Source: an uncultured Verrucomicrobiae bacterium (GTDB lineage Bacteria > Verrucomicrobiota > Verrucomicrobiia > Limisphaerales > Palsa-1400). From it: a DNA stretch of 64,000 bases. Position numbers and translations under genes: made by a program. Location of the stretch: the NCBI GenBank assembly GCA_963702845.1, contig OY969763.1, forward strand, positions 3,296,001-3,360,000. The letters are read 5' to 3'. Positions 20,465 through 32,691 of this stretch are shown here, in pieces (the first letter of the stretch is position 1; every line of letters starts with the position of its first letter). The notes under the pieces are model-generated. The model saw nothing but the letters and a program-made list of their open reading frames with translations, did not search any database and was not told the origin of the DNA.

Positions 20465-23124
20465 TTTAAATTTTTACTGTAGCTGGCGCTCGCCCGCAGC
20501 ACTTCCTCGGGCTCCTGATGCCCGAATTTTCGCGGTTCAGCTCGCTCTACTCGACGCCGCGATTTCCACAACGAAAAAGGACCGACGATGTGTCCCCAAA
20601 TCTGCGCAAGGAGTAATGACAAAGGATATTTCCGATAACCAAACAACCACGACGCGAAGGCATCTGGCCAGGTAAAGGGGCACTTCCGCAAACAAACGTG
20701 TCAACGCCCGGCGGTCTCCATCGTGCAGGAACGTCACCACGTGATATGCAGCGTGGCCCTTGGAGTACGCGTAAATTTGTCTCCACAAAGACTTCGCATC
20801 GCGTCGATGGCGATGCCAAACGAATGCAGAGGGTTCATAGCGAATCGCATAGCCTGCCTTTAAGACGCGATAGAATAGATACGTGTCTTCAGCGCAGCCG
20901 GTGGGGGTGCCCTGCTCCGAGAGCTTCATCGAGATATCCAATTTGGCGGATGGCGCAAGTGCGCTGGCCCGAACTGCGGCGTTTGCAGTCGCCCCGATAT
21001 CCCACGTCGGAACGGCGCGCCGGCCATAGGCATCAAACCAATCGCGATCAAAACGTCTGCGCTCGAAACCACGGCCCAGACCGCCGTAGATTTCGAATTG
21101 GATTTGTGAATCGGTTTCCAATTCGAACGGAAACACGGCGCCGGTGACCATCATCACATCAGACTGCGCGAACGGCGTCGCAAGTTTTTCCAGCCAATCA
21201 GTCGGCATTGTCACATCGTCATCTGTCGCGACGAGAACATCGCCACGGCTGGCGCGGAACCCAGCATTACGAGCAAAGGACAGTCCGCCACGTTTTTCAG
21301 TGATAAGTTTCACTTCGGGAAATTCGGCGACCACCGACGGCGTCAACCCGGACTGCGGGTGATTGTCGACAACAACGATTTCAACGTCGTGCCGCGTTTG
21401 TTGCTGAGAAAGTGATTTCAGACACAGCCGCAAGTCATCGGGCCGATCATAAGTCGCGACCACCACAGAAATGCGCATGGGCGCAACTTCACAATCCACT
21501 TCCCTGCTATTCTCGATGCCAATGAATGACCGCAAGGTTTGCTCGAACTTCGCCACCAACTCTTCTTCAGTGATTTTCTGCTGCGCTTGCAACAACTGCA
21601 GGAAAAAGTGCTGCATGACATAATCGCCGAGTTCCGCAGCGCTCACGGGATGAAATTTATTTTCAATTTCAACGCTCCCGACCGGGCTGCCGTCCCAAAG
21701 CACGTAGAGGCGAACGGACGAATATTCTTGCACACCAGTGCAGCTCGCTTAACCCATTCCTGATGTCCACTGTGCGAACGGCAATTCCATTTTTTCGTTG
21801 CACGATGTTCCCCGCAATTGGCTTATGCGATGGCGACGATGGTTTCCATGCATCGACCGGCCCATGTTTGGAAGCGGCCTCACGCGCCCGGCTATACTGG
21901 AACAAACCTGAAACCGACCCCGCCAACTCCGCTCGATACAGTTCTAACGGCGCCTTGCCCGGGTGAAATAACCCCCAAAGGCATCGACGAATATTCCACC
22001 ACCAGAAAAACCACCAACTCAGCTTGAGAAAACCGCGGCGCTCCTCGGGATACTCGCGCAGGCAACGCGTCACATATGAAAAGAAACCGACGCCATTATT
22101 CCGGATTTGAGCGTAAAGCGCGCCGTAACTAATCCGATGCCGGTGCCGGACCAGTGCGCCTGGTTCATACAGAAGCGTGTGGCCCGTTTTGAGAACGCGG
22201 AAAAACATTTCCAGGTCGCCACCGCCGCGCGTGGGCGTTCCAACATCAAGCGCCGGATCAAATGTGCCGATCTTGTGGAAAAGCAACGGCGAAACGCCAT
22301 ATTCGCGCCGGTACCAAATTTCCCTGCCCCGCCATGATGCCCACCAATCAAATCGCCCGCGTCGGTATGATACCACCGACGATTGTAGCCACGACTGAAA
22401 CCCCCCAAGTTCTTCGAACAGAATCTGGGCTTCGGCTTCGAGTTCATACGGCTCAACAAGACCGGTCAGCGCCATGACATCAGGGTTTTCGGTGAAAGCT
22501 CTTGCAATTGCTGCCGTCCAATGGCGAGTCCACGATCACATCATCGTCGGTTAAGCGACAATTTCGCCACACGCTTCCTCGATCGCGCGGTTTCGCGCCC
22601 AATCCAACCCCGGCTTCGATTCGAGAATGTAGCGAAATCTTGTTCTCCCGTGCATCGAACTCCGTTGCAGCGCCTCCACGACTTCACGCGTCGCATTGGT
22701 CCGAGGCGCGTTGTCGACGACAATCACCTCCAGAGGAGGTTCTTCAAGTCGCTCAACGCGGTTAGACAAGCACGCAAATCGTCCGCGCGATCGCGAGTGC
22801 AGACGGCAACTGAAATCGACGGCAGCCTGCGGCCTTCAGCGGGACTTGGTTGTTCGCGCAGCAATCTGCGCCAGCGTTCGTTCGCCGAGATTTGATAAAT
22901 GCGACCGAAGCACGACCGCTAACACTTTCGCCCTGATGGTGCCCGTCAGTGCGGAATCAAAATCTCTGGCCGAGCACTCGCCATTCGTAATTGGAATCGT
23001 GATTGTTTCGACAGGTTGGCCGCGCCATCGCAACAGCGCGCGAACATTGAGATACCCTTCCAATCCGCGCACAGGCTGTGAACGGACGGCACAATTCGAT
23101 GTCGATGGTTTTGATGTGTTTCAC
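20461..23124 (-). CDS. Large two-domain GT2 glycosyltransferase (multiple frameshifts)
   Basis: Two GT2 cores: EVIVVDNAP...GLDWARNRA, GGGDLEMF; and VVVATYDRP, VVVDN, GLSFARNAG, TDDD. Confidence 0.8.
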
Positions 23125-24223
23125 TGGCAGCAATAAGAACGAAAGTCGGTCACGCGCGCCCAACGATGCGACCTGGATGCGGTCCCACCACGTGATTGGC
23201 ACTGGGATTTGTTCATAAACATCGCGGGACATCTTCGACTCGGAATGTCGAGCACTTCGTCGGTGCGGAATGCGCCGACGCGTTGCCAGGCGCTGCGCAA
23301 AAATGGCGACGCTATCCAGCGCAATGTGCCTTTAACCAATTGCGAATCGACCCATGGCAGCAGCACCGCCGACCAATCCTGTCGCAGCGCGCGCCATAAC
23401 CATCTGTAAGAAGTTTGCAGGTCGCCGCAGGCATTGCTTTTCGTTGCCAAATATAAATAGAACATCCCTTTCGACCAGCGGTAGACCCGACCCGCTATTT
23501 CACGGTGTTTGCGTTCCATTGCTCAAGCACCAGCGCATACGACTTCGCCATCGCCGAGTGATCGTAAGACATGCTTTGGCTGTAGCAGCGATACGCCGCC
23601 AGATATTCTTTGACGACGCGAAACTCGCAAACTTCCGCCAGTCGCAAACAAATATCCCAATCCTCGCAACCTTGCGCTTTCTGTGCGCGCAGGTCGGCGT
23701 TGTATCCTCCTATTTTTTGCAAATAGTCGCGACGAAACAAAGGAACTGACGCGTTGCCGATGAAATTTCGTAACACGAAAGGTTGGTAAACTTCGCCGTC
23801 CAGATCCCACTTCGGCCCGAGCCCCGAGGACTTGCCTTTTTCGTTGATCGAAATACACCAGCAATAAGAGGCGCCTGCTTTCGTTCCGCCCATCTCCAAT
23901 GATTTGACCTGCTTCTCAACTTTCGACGGATACCAGAGGTCATCCGCGTCCAGTGGAGCAATGTATTCTCCGGAAGCTCTTTCAATAGCGAGATTCCGCG
24001 CCGCTGCGACCCCAAGATTTTGCTGCCGCAATAATTTCACCCGCCGTCGCCTCGAGCCGCATTTTTCACAATCGCAGCAGTGAGATCGCGCGATCCGTCG
24101 TCCACCACAATTACTTCGATGATTCTCGTACGTCTGCGCCAGCACTGAGTCGAGGGTCTCGCTGATGAAATTCTCCGCGTTGTATGCGGGAACAATCACT
24201 GAAACCATGCCTTGGTTGCTCAT
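23121..24223 (-). CDS. GT2 glycosyltransferase (frameshifted)
   Basis: VSVIVPAYNAE, GVAAARN, APLDADD, CEDWD. Confidence 0.85.
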
Positions 24224-24433
24224 GCCTCCCTTTCGTTTTTCGATCCCGTGGGTAAATCGTTACGCGAATGAGTATGGCGCTGTCCCATCGCTTGGTTGCT
24301 CCTTGGCGGAACGTCTGCGCTCCGCGCGCCGCGAGAAAGTAATCCCGATCAAAAAAGCCGTCTATAAGGCACGGCTCTAAATTACGTTTCGTGAAGAACC
24401 GCAACGGGAGCCTCTATTATTTCCCGATGCTGT

Positions 24434-27400
24434 TTACTGCCAGTCGCAAATCGACTCGACATAAGCCGCCGAACCGTCGCGCAACCATCCATCCAGTTGC
24501 GCCTGGTCCTTTAGTTGTTGACCGCGTCTGCGCGGCACAACAACGAATCGGCAATCCACTTCAGGCAAGGCACTCATGTCACCCCACAGCTTTTCAAATT
24601 GCGCCACCGGGAAAATATCTTCCTGACCATGTCCCCAGCGCTTCTTCACATCTTTGAGCGTAACATAAGCCGGCATTCGCGCAGCCAACGTTCTAATAGC
24701 GGCAGAGACTTTTTCCGCATCGTCTAAATCAGCAGCGGCGAGTCCGAAAACTGCCAATAGCTTATGAACATCAATCCAAGTCGTCAGCGTGTTGTAATAG
24801 GCGAGCTGAAATTCGTCTTCTTCTCGGGGCAAAGCCAACCCCTCCAGAATCCGCACCTTGCCATTGACCCGCGCCAGGCCACCGCCCCGGTCCTCGATTC
24901 GCCGCGTAATCATCTCGAACGAAAGGCACGCGCCTTGGGCAATGTGCAATCCGAGCAACGCCGGATCGACGTCTGCGCCGAGAGTATCAATGTTGTGCAG
25001 GAGCAGATATTTTAGATTCCGATGGTCCTTCAGCAGTTGGTTGAGCACGCCATTACGGAGAAGGTTCGAAATTTCATACCAGTGACCCACTGGATGCAAA
25101 CATTGTGAAGGAACATTGTCCGTGTAATCGCTTCCTTCGCCTGACTTGTTTCGCCCAGCCGATCAGTGCTGAGCGTAGACTGTCGCGCACCTTCTGCGCC
25201 TGCTCATCCAACATCTGCTGCGGCATTTCTTCCCAAAGAAACCGCAGATCGCGCTCCATCGGAATCATCCGCAAACCGATGGCGCGCCCAGATGAAAGGA
25301 CAACCGGTCCCGAGTAACCGTAGTTTTTGTGCCGGGCCAAAAACGATTCGATCGCGCCATGCGTCAAATAGCTCGTCGTAACAACGTGCGGAATCTCTGT
25401 CTTGTTTTGCCGTCCGACCCGACGACTCTTTGCGAGATGAACTTCGATAAACGTGCGATGTTGGCCGCCCAGTTTGCAAAACGGATGCAACGCTTTCACC
25501 ACGCCCGCACCTTGCGTCCAACGGCTGCCCACACCAGCGGCCAACGTGATCACCGCAACCTCGCCGTTAGCAATAGCAGCGTCTCCTAAATCCCGATGTT
25601 GTGTCGCAGCGGTCGCATCAATCACATCTTCTGGCTGCACATCCTCGATCTTCGTGCTGGGCGCCAACCGATTCTGCGCCAAACCAATTCGACCGTCTTT
25701 AAGGTCATCCCGAATTTGTTCGTGTTGCGCGCGGTCAAAACCATTTTGTTCAAGCAGCGCCAGTCAACGTTTGTCCGCTCGTCGATTCCTGTTTCAGACG
25801 CGGAACAACTCGATCGAAAATATTTTGTACAATCGACCCAAGTTCCGGTTTACGACGCGTCGCAGCAGCAAATTTATCCAGTTCGGCACGACGTTGCACC
25901 GACAGCGAGCGCAGGTCCTGCTTCAACAATTGTGGGACGACCAATGCATAATAACTATCCGGCAGCAGCGATTCATCATCACTCAGCAAATCAGCCCAAG
26001 TGCCCTTTTCGTTAATTGCAAAATCGTAAACCACCGGATCCATCGCAAACGGCAACGCACTTTCCAGCTCCCGTTTCGTTTGCGTCATGATCTCCTGCAA
26101 CTGCGCTTGCGCAACGGCTTTCTTTGCGGGGGCGACGATGAAGCCCATGCCGCCTCCGGACATTCCGCCCAGCATCCAAAATCCCCAGAAATCTTTTTGA
26201 AACGCGCCGCGTGCGCGATTGATCAGCGTTTCCGTATAATAATTACTCGCCCACGGAATGATGGTTTGCAACGGCCCGTGAAAATTGCGCGATGTCGCAG
26301 CGCCAATTTTCGGCACGTCATTCGCGCGGAGCGCGGCGAGAATTTCATCCAAAATCCCGAGCGCTTCCTGACGCCCTTTCCATTCCGCTTCCGAACGCAG
26401 CAAGTATTTTTCAGTAACCATCTCCAGAATGGGCCCGACGTTTTGCGCCATTCCGCCGTGAACAAGAATCAGACTGTCCTGAAGTTTTTGCCGGACCTCG
26501 GCGCTCGCTTCAGTCTGATCGAACACGCGATGCGTCGGCATCAAGCGACCGCGACTCGTCCCAAATTCCGGATCACCTTCCTGCGCCAGCGCGCCTTGAA
26601 TTAATTTCATCCCCGGCCAAACACCGCCTGAATCCTGCCAACCACCACCGGAACCGCCGAGCCACTCACCGAGAATTGCGCGAGCTAAAACAAGCCGGCG
26701 TTCATGTTCCTGCAACGCGCCTTCCAACGATTGCGCCTGACTCGTCGCTCGCATGCATACCGAAATCAACGCCGCCAGCAGATTCGTCGAGACAGCCAAC
26801 CGCGAGCCTTTCGGAATATTATTAACGTTGCTGACCAACTCCAACCCTCGCCCTTGACCGACAACTTGCGCCAACAAATCCGAAAGATTTTGGCCCGATC
26901 CTTCGATACCGGGCGGAACAATTCCCGACGCAATCACCGCCGCCTTGAGCAAACCAAGGTAATCTTTCGCAAAATCAAAAACTTCTGCGAGGCTCGTAAT
27001 ATCCGCCGACGCACCAAGATCGACGCTCGTCAATCGCAACACCGGTTCATCCAACACTCGAAGAAAAACTTCAATCGGCGGACGAGGCGAGGCATCGCGC
27101 CCTTTCACACCAAGATCAATCGACACGTTGAGAACCTTGGCCCCCTCAGGATAATCCATGCCCAAAAAGAAAATATCGCTCCACGCGCTGTGAGTCAGGT
27201 CCATGCGCACTGGAGTGCGCTCGCGCAAAACCGGGTAACATCCATCCGCGCCACGCTCGAGAAGTTCGCGACGAATCCGCAGCGGCTGGTCGCTCGGATG
27301 GCCCATCCGAAACATCCATTGATTACCTTTCACTGACCGAACGCTCCGACGCACCTGGTCAGCCAGCGTTTGAATTCCCAACCGGTAATACGCCACTGCC

Positions 27401-27750
27401 AAAGCGCTGCAATTTCCGTCACTCGGCCCGTTCGCCTGTTGATTCGTGAGGAACACTTCAATCGCTTCTTCAAACCGCCGTTCCAGCAGATGCCCGTAAC
27501 CTTTGAACGGAACAAGACCACGTTGGTTCAGCCCTGGCTTGAGCGGCAGATGAAACCGATGAATCGCATAAAGAAAAAACAACGCGCGAACGCGTTCGTA
27601 TAAATTCTCGCTGTGCTCGCGAAATGATTCGAGATCTTCACACTCCGCCAAAAGCTCCGAAACGCTGGCCTTTCGGCAAAATGCGTCCAGCGATTCGTTG
27701 CGAACCGCCGGGTCTGAGGCGGTGATAATATGACGAAGCCGGCCGGTCAT
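24434..27750 (-). CDS. GHMP-type sugar kinase fused to a UDPGP-family pyrophosphorylase (frameshifts near 25770 and 25100-25140)
   Basis: GHMP motifs [31 protein letters not shown]-terminal [26 protein letters not shown]. Confidence 0.8.
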
Positions 27751-28586
27751 ACGCCTTTCACCGCGAGCATCTCAACCAAATTGGACAAGACTTCGTCTCG
27801 ATCCTTGCCATCGAAAGCCAAAGCAAGCTGTGCCGTAAGCAATCCGTATTTCGCGCCAATGTCGTAACGTCGCCCTTGCAGTTCCAAAGCGAGATACCGC
27901 TCTTTCCCAGCCAATTTATTCAACGCCGTCGACAATTGCGCACCGGTCTTTGCGCTCGCCACAATCTCCGTCAACATCTCCATCACCATGGGAGTGAGCA
28001 CGTGCATTCCGAAAAAGCACAAATACCGTCCCGCGCGCAAACCGGGCACGATCAACGTCTGCTCCGCTTCCGTCGGTGTCGGTTTCTCCAAAACTCGCTC
28101 CACCTGATAAAGCCGTTGCCGGCCTGTAACAAGATGCCCGCCGACTGCTCCGTAAAATGGCAGCTTACTTTCATGCGTCGCCTGCACCGCCGACACAGCG
28201 CACGATTCAGCTTTCGCGACCTCCACCAATTGCTCCGCACAACCGTTCGCCGCACGGCTAACATAAAGATGATCACCAACCAGCAACAGAAACGGTTGAT
28301 CGCCGGAAAATCCGCGAGCGCATTGCACCGCATGCCCGTACCCAAGCGGCGCACTTTGTTCGACAAATTGCACTCGTCCCGCATGTGCGCCGGCGGCCGT
28401 TCGGTAAGCAGCTTGATCCCCCGGACAAATTACCGCGCAAATATCCTCGATACCCGCGCGCAAGATTTCTTCGATGATGATGGCAAAAGCAGTTTTTTGC
28501 GTGCCGTCGCGATCGACCAGCGTTTGCAGCGGGAGGGTGCGCTGATTTTTACCGGCGGCGGTAATGATAGCTTTTCGTATTTCCAC
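27747..28586 (-). CDS. GalU-like sugar-phosphate nucleotidyltransferase
   Basis: [34 protein letters not shown]. Stop overlaps the next start. Confidence 0.85.
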   Translation of the reverse strand: MEIRKAIITAAGKNQRTLPLQTLVDRDGTQKTAFAIIIEEILRAGIEDICAVICPGDQAAYRTAAGAHAGRVQFVEQSAPLGYGHAVQCARGFSGDQPFLLLVGDHLYVSRAANGCAEQLVEVAKAESCAVSAVQATHESKLPFYGAVGGHLVTGRQRLYQVERVLEKPTPTEAEQTLIVPGLRAGRYLCFFGMHVLTPMVMEMLTEIVASAKTGAQLSTALNKLAGKERYLALELQGRRYDIGAKYGLLTAQLALAFDGKDRDEVLSNLVEMLAVKGV

Positions 28587-29175
28587 GGTATTTGAGTTTG
28601 AGGATTGTTCACGAGTGCAGTCGGAGAGTCAATCCGACGGCGGCCTTACCTGCAGATGAAAATTGTTGGTCGTTTATAGAAAGTCAAAAAAGGTCAACTA
28701 AAGGAAGTAAAAGAAAGCAAAAACGAGTTTTTTTGGGAATGTGACCGCACCGATGGGCAATAAAACGCATCGAAAAGCAGCGTTTTGATCGACACCGACA
28801 GCTTGGAAAACTCGAAATCCGAAATCCGAACCGGAAGTTCCGGTGCCAACAAGTAAATCGAAGACCCGAGACCAAGAATAGGCGCGGACGTGACCAAATT
28901 AACCACCAAGGCGCCAAAGCACCAAGGGGTGACGCTACACGGACACTCGGCACATAGGCGCCGGAACGTCCGCTTCGCGGGAGGCACAGAGGAAGACTTG
29001 CTTACGGATTTCATGGATTAGAAGTCGGTGATGTAAGGTGTTGCCACGCTGGCTCGACGCCTAATGCAATACTTTCGGACATGGTTTTCTATAGCGTTCA
29101 TGTAGTGGATCCTATTCCAGGGGGTTGGACAGCTACGGGGTGACACCCCCAAAAAGTTATTCACAATCCAGAGAA

Positions 29176-29227
29176 AATATGTCGTTATCAGGTCAAATCG
29201 GCTTAACACTCAACTGGTTAGGCCACA
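29176..29227 (+). repeat. 52-bp direct repeat, copy 1
   Basis: aatatgtcgttatcaggtcaaatcggcttaacactcaactggttaggccaca; 48/52 identical to 30577-30628. Confidence 0.9.
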
Positions 29228-29343
29228 GGGTACACCATGACAAAAAACAGCCGCATACAGTCAATGCACGAAGCAGGAACCATGATTATAACTTACGAAA
29301 ATCGAAGCTCCGATTCCGTTTAGCTTTTTTCGCGCGGCAAAAA

Positions 29344-30306
29344 ATGAAACGAAAAGCAGTTATCACAATCGCAGGTCTTTCAATAGCCTTGATTAGCCTG
29401 GTCACAATATTTTTCCTAGACCGGGAACAGCACCCGATGCTGCTCGGCTGTTGGGGCAATCAAAGTTCGAATCACTTACCCCTTGCGACTGAGGTGGCAC
29501 TTGGCAAGAATTCAGGCTCCGGAGACCTGCTCCTGCTGACGCTCCGGATGCTAGGCACCACCAATGATTTGTTATTTGCGGTGGATACAGGAGCGCCGTT
29601 TTGTATTTTAGACAAGTCTTTGGAATCGCAATTACGGCAGGGCCTCCTAAAGAAAATGTGGATCAATTCCTGTTACGGGAGTTCCTGGGAAAGCGTGTAT
29701 ATCGCGCCAAAGCTTCATTTGAATGGTGTTGAGCTTAGGACTTCAACCCGGGTCGCAACCTTTGATTTGACACGAGTCTCAAAGGATTTGAATGAAATCA
29801 CCCACTCGAACTACCGAGTGATGGGCATTCTGGGCATGGATTGCCTGCAGCATTATTGTGTTCAATTCGATTTCGACCGGCGAAAAATCCAATTTCTCGA
29901 TCCAGATCATCTGCAGGAAAACGAACTGGGGAAGGCGTTCCCACTGACTTTGTCCTGGGGCCAACCGTTCGTTGAGCAGAACCTCCTGGGCAGCAGTGAA
30001 AAGACGCTGATTGATACCGGGTGCAACTTTGATGGGGAGTTAAAGACGGCGGAATTTAAGCGCTGGACAAACCACTGGGATGGTTTTGTGAGCAGGGGAG
30101 CGAATTGCCCGAATGGCGTCTTTGACGGACAAAGCTATCCTGAGCTCGAAATTGTCGGAGATGCCAATTACAACTCGCTGGGACTTCGCTTTCTGGCACG
30201 GCATTTAGTGACGCTGAATTTTCCACGGCGGACCATGTATCTTAAACGGACAAATATGGAGTCCCCGGGGAGTGCGGCCCATTCGGCTAAGGAAGCGGGT
30301 TCTTAA
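29344..30306 (+). CDS. Membrane-anchored two-domain retropepsin-like aspartic protease
   Basis: N-terminal TM; two DTG motifs (FAVDTGA, LIDTGC), each followed by GILGMD or SLGLRFL. Confidence 0.8.
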   Translation: MKRKAVITIAGLSIALISLVTIFFLDREQHPMLLGCWGNQSSNHLPLATEVALGKNSGSGDLLLLTLRMLGTTNDLLFAVDTGAPFCILDKSLESQLRQGLLKKMWINSCYGSSWESVYIAPKLHLNGVELRTSTRVATFDLTRVSKDLNEITHSNYRVMGILGMDCLQHYCVQFDFDRRKIQFLDPDHLQENELGKAFPLTLSWGQPFVEQNLLGSSEKTLIDTGCNFDGELKTAEFKRWTNHWDGFVSRGANCPNGVFDGQSYPELEIVGDANYNSLGLRFLARHLVTLNFPRRTMYLKRTNMESPGSAAHSAKEAGS

Positions 30307-30576
30307 AACGTGTAATATGCAACGGTCAATGTTCCTCCGACACGTACCGCCCCGCCAATTCCCTAACCGTCGCCCCAATTCGCTCAATCAACTGCACAGG
30401 TTCCACCACATGGCAATGTGTCCCCCAACTCAACCCCCACCGCTCCACTTCTTCCAACCCGCTCAACCGCATTGCGCACCCGATTCAAGAGCTTGGGCAG
30501 CGCGGGCAAATTCACTTGATTGGAAATGGCAGAGGTTTAGTTTCAATGACGCAGTCGTTTACCCTGAAAACGTGGT

Positions 30577-30628
30577 AATATCTCGTTATCAGGTCAAATC
30601 GGCTTCAGACTCAACTGGTTAGCCCACA
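30577..30628 (+). repeat. 52-bp direct repeat, copy 2
   Basis: aatatctcgttatcaggtcaaatcggcttcagactcaactggttagcccaca. Confidence 0.9.
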
Positions 30629-30893
30629 AGCGTGTTTCTTCTCTCTTCACCGTGCACTTCTGAACAAGTGCTCCGCTCAAGCTGAAGTGCCAAATTATGA
30701 AAAGCTGATTTCACTCATACGAGAGCCTCCAGTTTCATGGTTGATTTTGCCTACACGTCAAATATTGTGACCATGCGCACACGGCGCATCCGGTCCGCGG
30801 AAAGGACAGAAGTCCACATTTGATAAAACCGTAAGTCACGAACTTACTTTCTGCCTGACAGTGCGGACAACAGGCGCAACGAAAGAAGTTCGC

Positions 30894-32195
30894 ATGCCAG
30901 TTAAATCATTGCCGTCGAATGCCAGCCTGGAACATCTCAAGTATCAGGCCAGGGATTTGCTCAAAGCCCTAAACCTCGGAAGCGCCGAAGCCCTTGCGCG
31001 CACGCAGGAATTTCATCCTGGGTTCGCTCGAATGAGCAACGACCAAATCCGCACCTCAAAACTCTCGCTCGCCGATGCCCAATTGATCATCGCGCGTGAA
31101 TACGGGTTTGACACATGGCCGAAGCTCAAACACCACATTGAGGCATCAGCGCAAGCAGCTGCCTCGATCGTCAGACCGACGTCCAGTTTTAAGCCTCCAG
31201 GGCCAGTTGAGCTCAAGCAGAAATGGCCTCCGGGTGCACGCCTCGTCAGAGAAACAGACCTGAAACAAAACATGGAGATTTACACTCCGGGAAAGGCCGA
31301 CCCCGTCAAACACGAACTCTCCCTGAAGTATCAACACGCTTATACCGTGGTCAAAGAACTCCCCGGTGGGGGATGCGAAGTGGATTTGCGACACTTGGGA
31401 TTTCGGTTAGAAGTCGATTCGGGAGATTGCCTCAGGCGGTATGACTCAGCCCAAAGTTCCACGGCGGATCAGTCTGAAATTGCTAAGGTCTTCAAAACAA
31501 TCTTGCGCGCGAAGGTGCGATATATTCTGGGTGCAAACAATCGGGTCGAACGAATGGAAGGTGTTGATGAACTGGTGAACCGGTTGAACCTCCGCGGGGG
31601 AGTAAAACGCAAACCGGGAATGGCCTGGGACAATCAAGCGCTGGATAACGTGCTGAAGCGGCTGCGTTCCGGGCCGCGCCCTCCACTCGAGACTACCGAT
31701 TGGGGGATGAGAAAGATGTTTAACGAGGGCTATTTCAGGACCAAGTTGGACCCTTCCTTCTTACCGGGTAAGACCGTTCAGCCCAGTGACACTTGGACAT
31801 TCTCTCGTGAATCACGGGCCTTTCCAAAACTCAGCATCGTTCAGGAATGGACGGTCGCGTTCCGGACCTGGGAAATGCGCGCGGACCGGCTTTGCGCCCG
31901 CCTGGAATTTCACGGGACCGAGAAAACGAATCTTCAAGCAGAGGCCGAAGCGGTCAGGAGAGGCAACTTCATTCAGGAGGGCACCTTTTCCGGCGTGATC
32001 TGGTTCGACCCGGAACTGGGCAGAGGGATTGAAACGAACGCGAATCACGACTTCAAGGTGACGTCAGACAAGATTGCGATGCCCGCACCTCCTGCAAAAC
32101 CGGCCGTTCAACGAGTCACCGACCATCATCATCAGGTCATCATCGAGAAGCTGGTGTCGGTGGAAGGACTTGACGGCCCACCTGATGCTGGCTGA
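30894..32195 (+). CDS. Hypothetical protein: N-terminal helical domain of the type found on ankyrin-repeat proteins, fused to a beta-rich domain
   Basis: LPSNASLEHLKYQARDLL...LADAQLIIAREYGFDTWPKLK; C-term PVELKQKW...GVIWFDPELG. Confidence 0.65.
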   Translation: MPVKSLPSNASLEHLKYQARDLLKALNLGSAEALARTQEFHPGFARMSNDQIRTSKLSLADAQLIIAREYGFDTWPKLKHHIEASAQAAASIVRPTSSFKPPGPVELKQKWPPGARLVRETDLKQNMEIYTPGKADPVKHELSLKYQHAYTVVKELPGGGCEVDLRHLGFRLEVDSGDCLRRYDSAQSSTADQSEIAKVFKTILRAKVRYILGANNRVERMEGVDELVNRLNLRGGVKRKPGMAWDNQALDNVLKRLRSGPRPPLETTDWGMRKMFNEGYFRTKLDPSFLPGKTVQPSDTWTFSRESRAFPKLSIVQEWTVAFRTWEMRADRLCARLEFHGTEKTNLQAEAEAVRRGNFIQEGTFSGVIWFDPELGRGIETNANHDFKVTSDKIAMPAPPAKPAVQRVTDHHHQVIIEKLVSVEGLDGPPDAG

Positions 32196-32212
32196 GCTGA
32201 AACGATCAACGG

Positions 32213-32582
32213 TCAATGCTCCTCCACTGGATACCGCGCCGCCAAATCCCTAATCGTCGCGCCAATCCGCTCAATCAGCTGCAGAGGTCCCACCACCGCC
32301 GCACGCACACCCCGACTCAACACCCACCGCTCCACTTCTTCCAACCCGCTTAACCGCATCCGCATCCTCGACCCGCCGCCCGGCATTTCCGTGATCTCCT
32401 GACTTGAATGCCATTTCCGGCCGCGCAATTGGTCCGTTGCAAACGCGTCGAAATCAATCACCACTTCGTAATCACCGTCTCCATTCATCATACCGTGGCT
32501 GTCGCGCAAATACTTCGCCGGATCAAAACTGTGGGGCCGCGTAAACCGATCCGACAACACACGCGGTTTCTCAATGCGCGCA
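32213..32582 (-). pseudogene. 5'-truncated WYL/WCX transcription-regulator remnant
   Basis: ARIEKPRVLSDRF..FDPAKYL..KWHSSQ..LEEVERWVLSRG..VVGP matches a WYL protein C-terminus. HTH and most of the WYL domain are missing. Confidence 0.75.
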
Positions 32583-32691
32583 GCTATCCGCCAATTTCAA
32601 ACACCCGTTTAATCATTGCCACAGCCTCGTCTTTACATCTATTCTCATTCTGTCAAGTGAATATTAATACTTCAAAAAAGGCACTGGTTAT

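Noticed and set aside
25453..26604. Long antisense ORFs (383 aa here, also 7340-8062, 27876-28595, 48353-49138)
   Set aside because: Shadow ORFs opposite well-supported genes in GC-rich DNA, with no recognisable motifs.
29158..29166. DnaA-box-like 9-mers (here TTATTCACA, also TTTTCCACA near 53991) as oriC
   Set aside because: Isolated single matches with no cluster and no dnaA/dnaN nearby.
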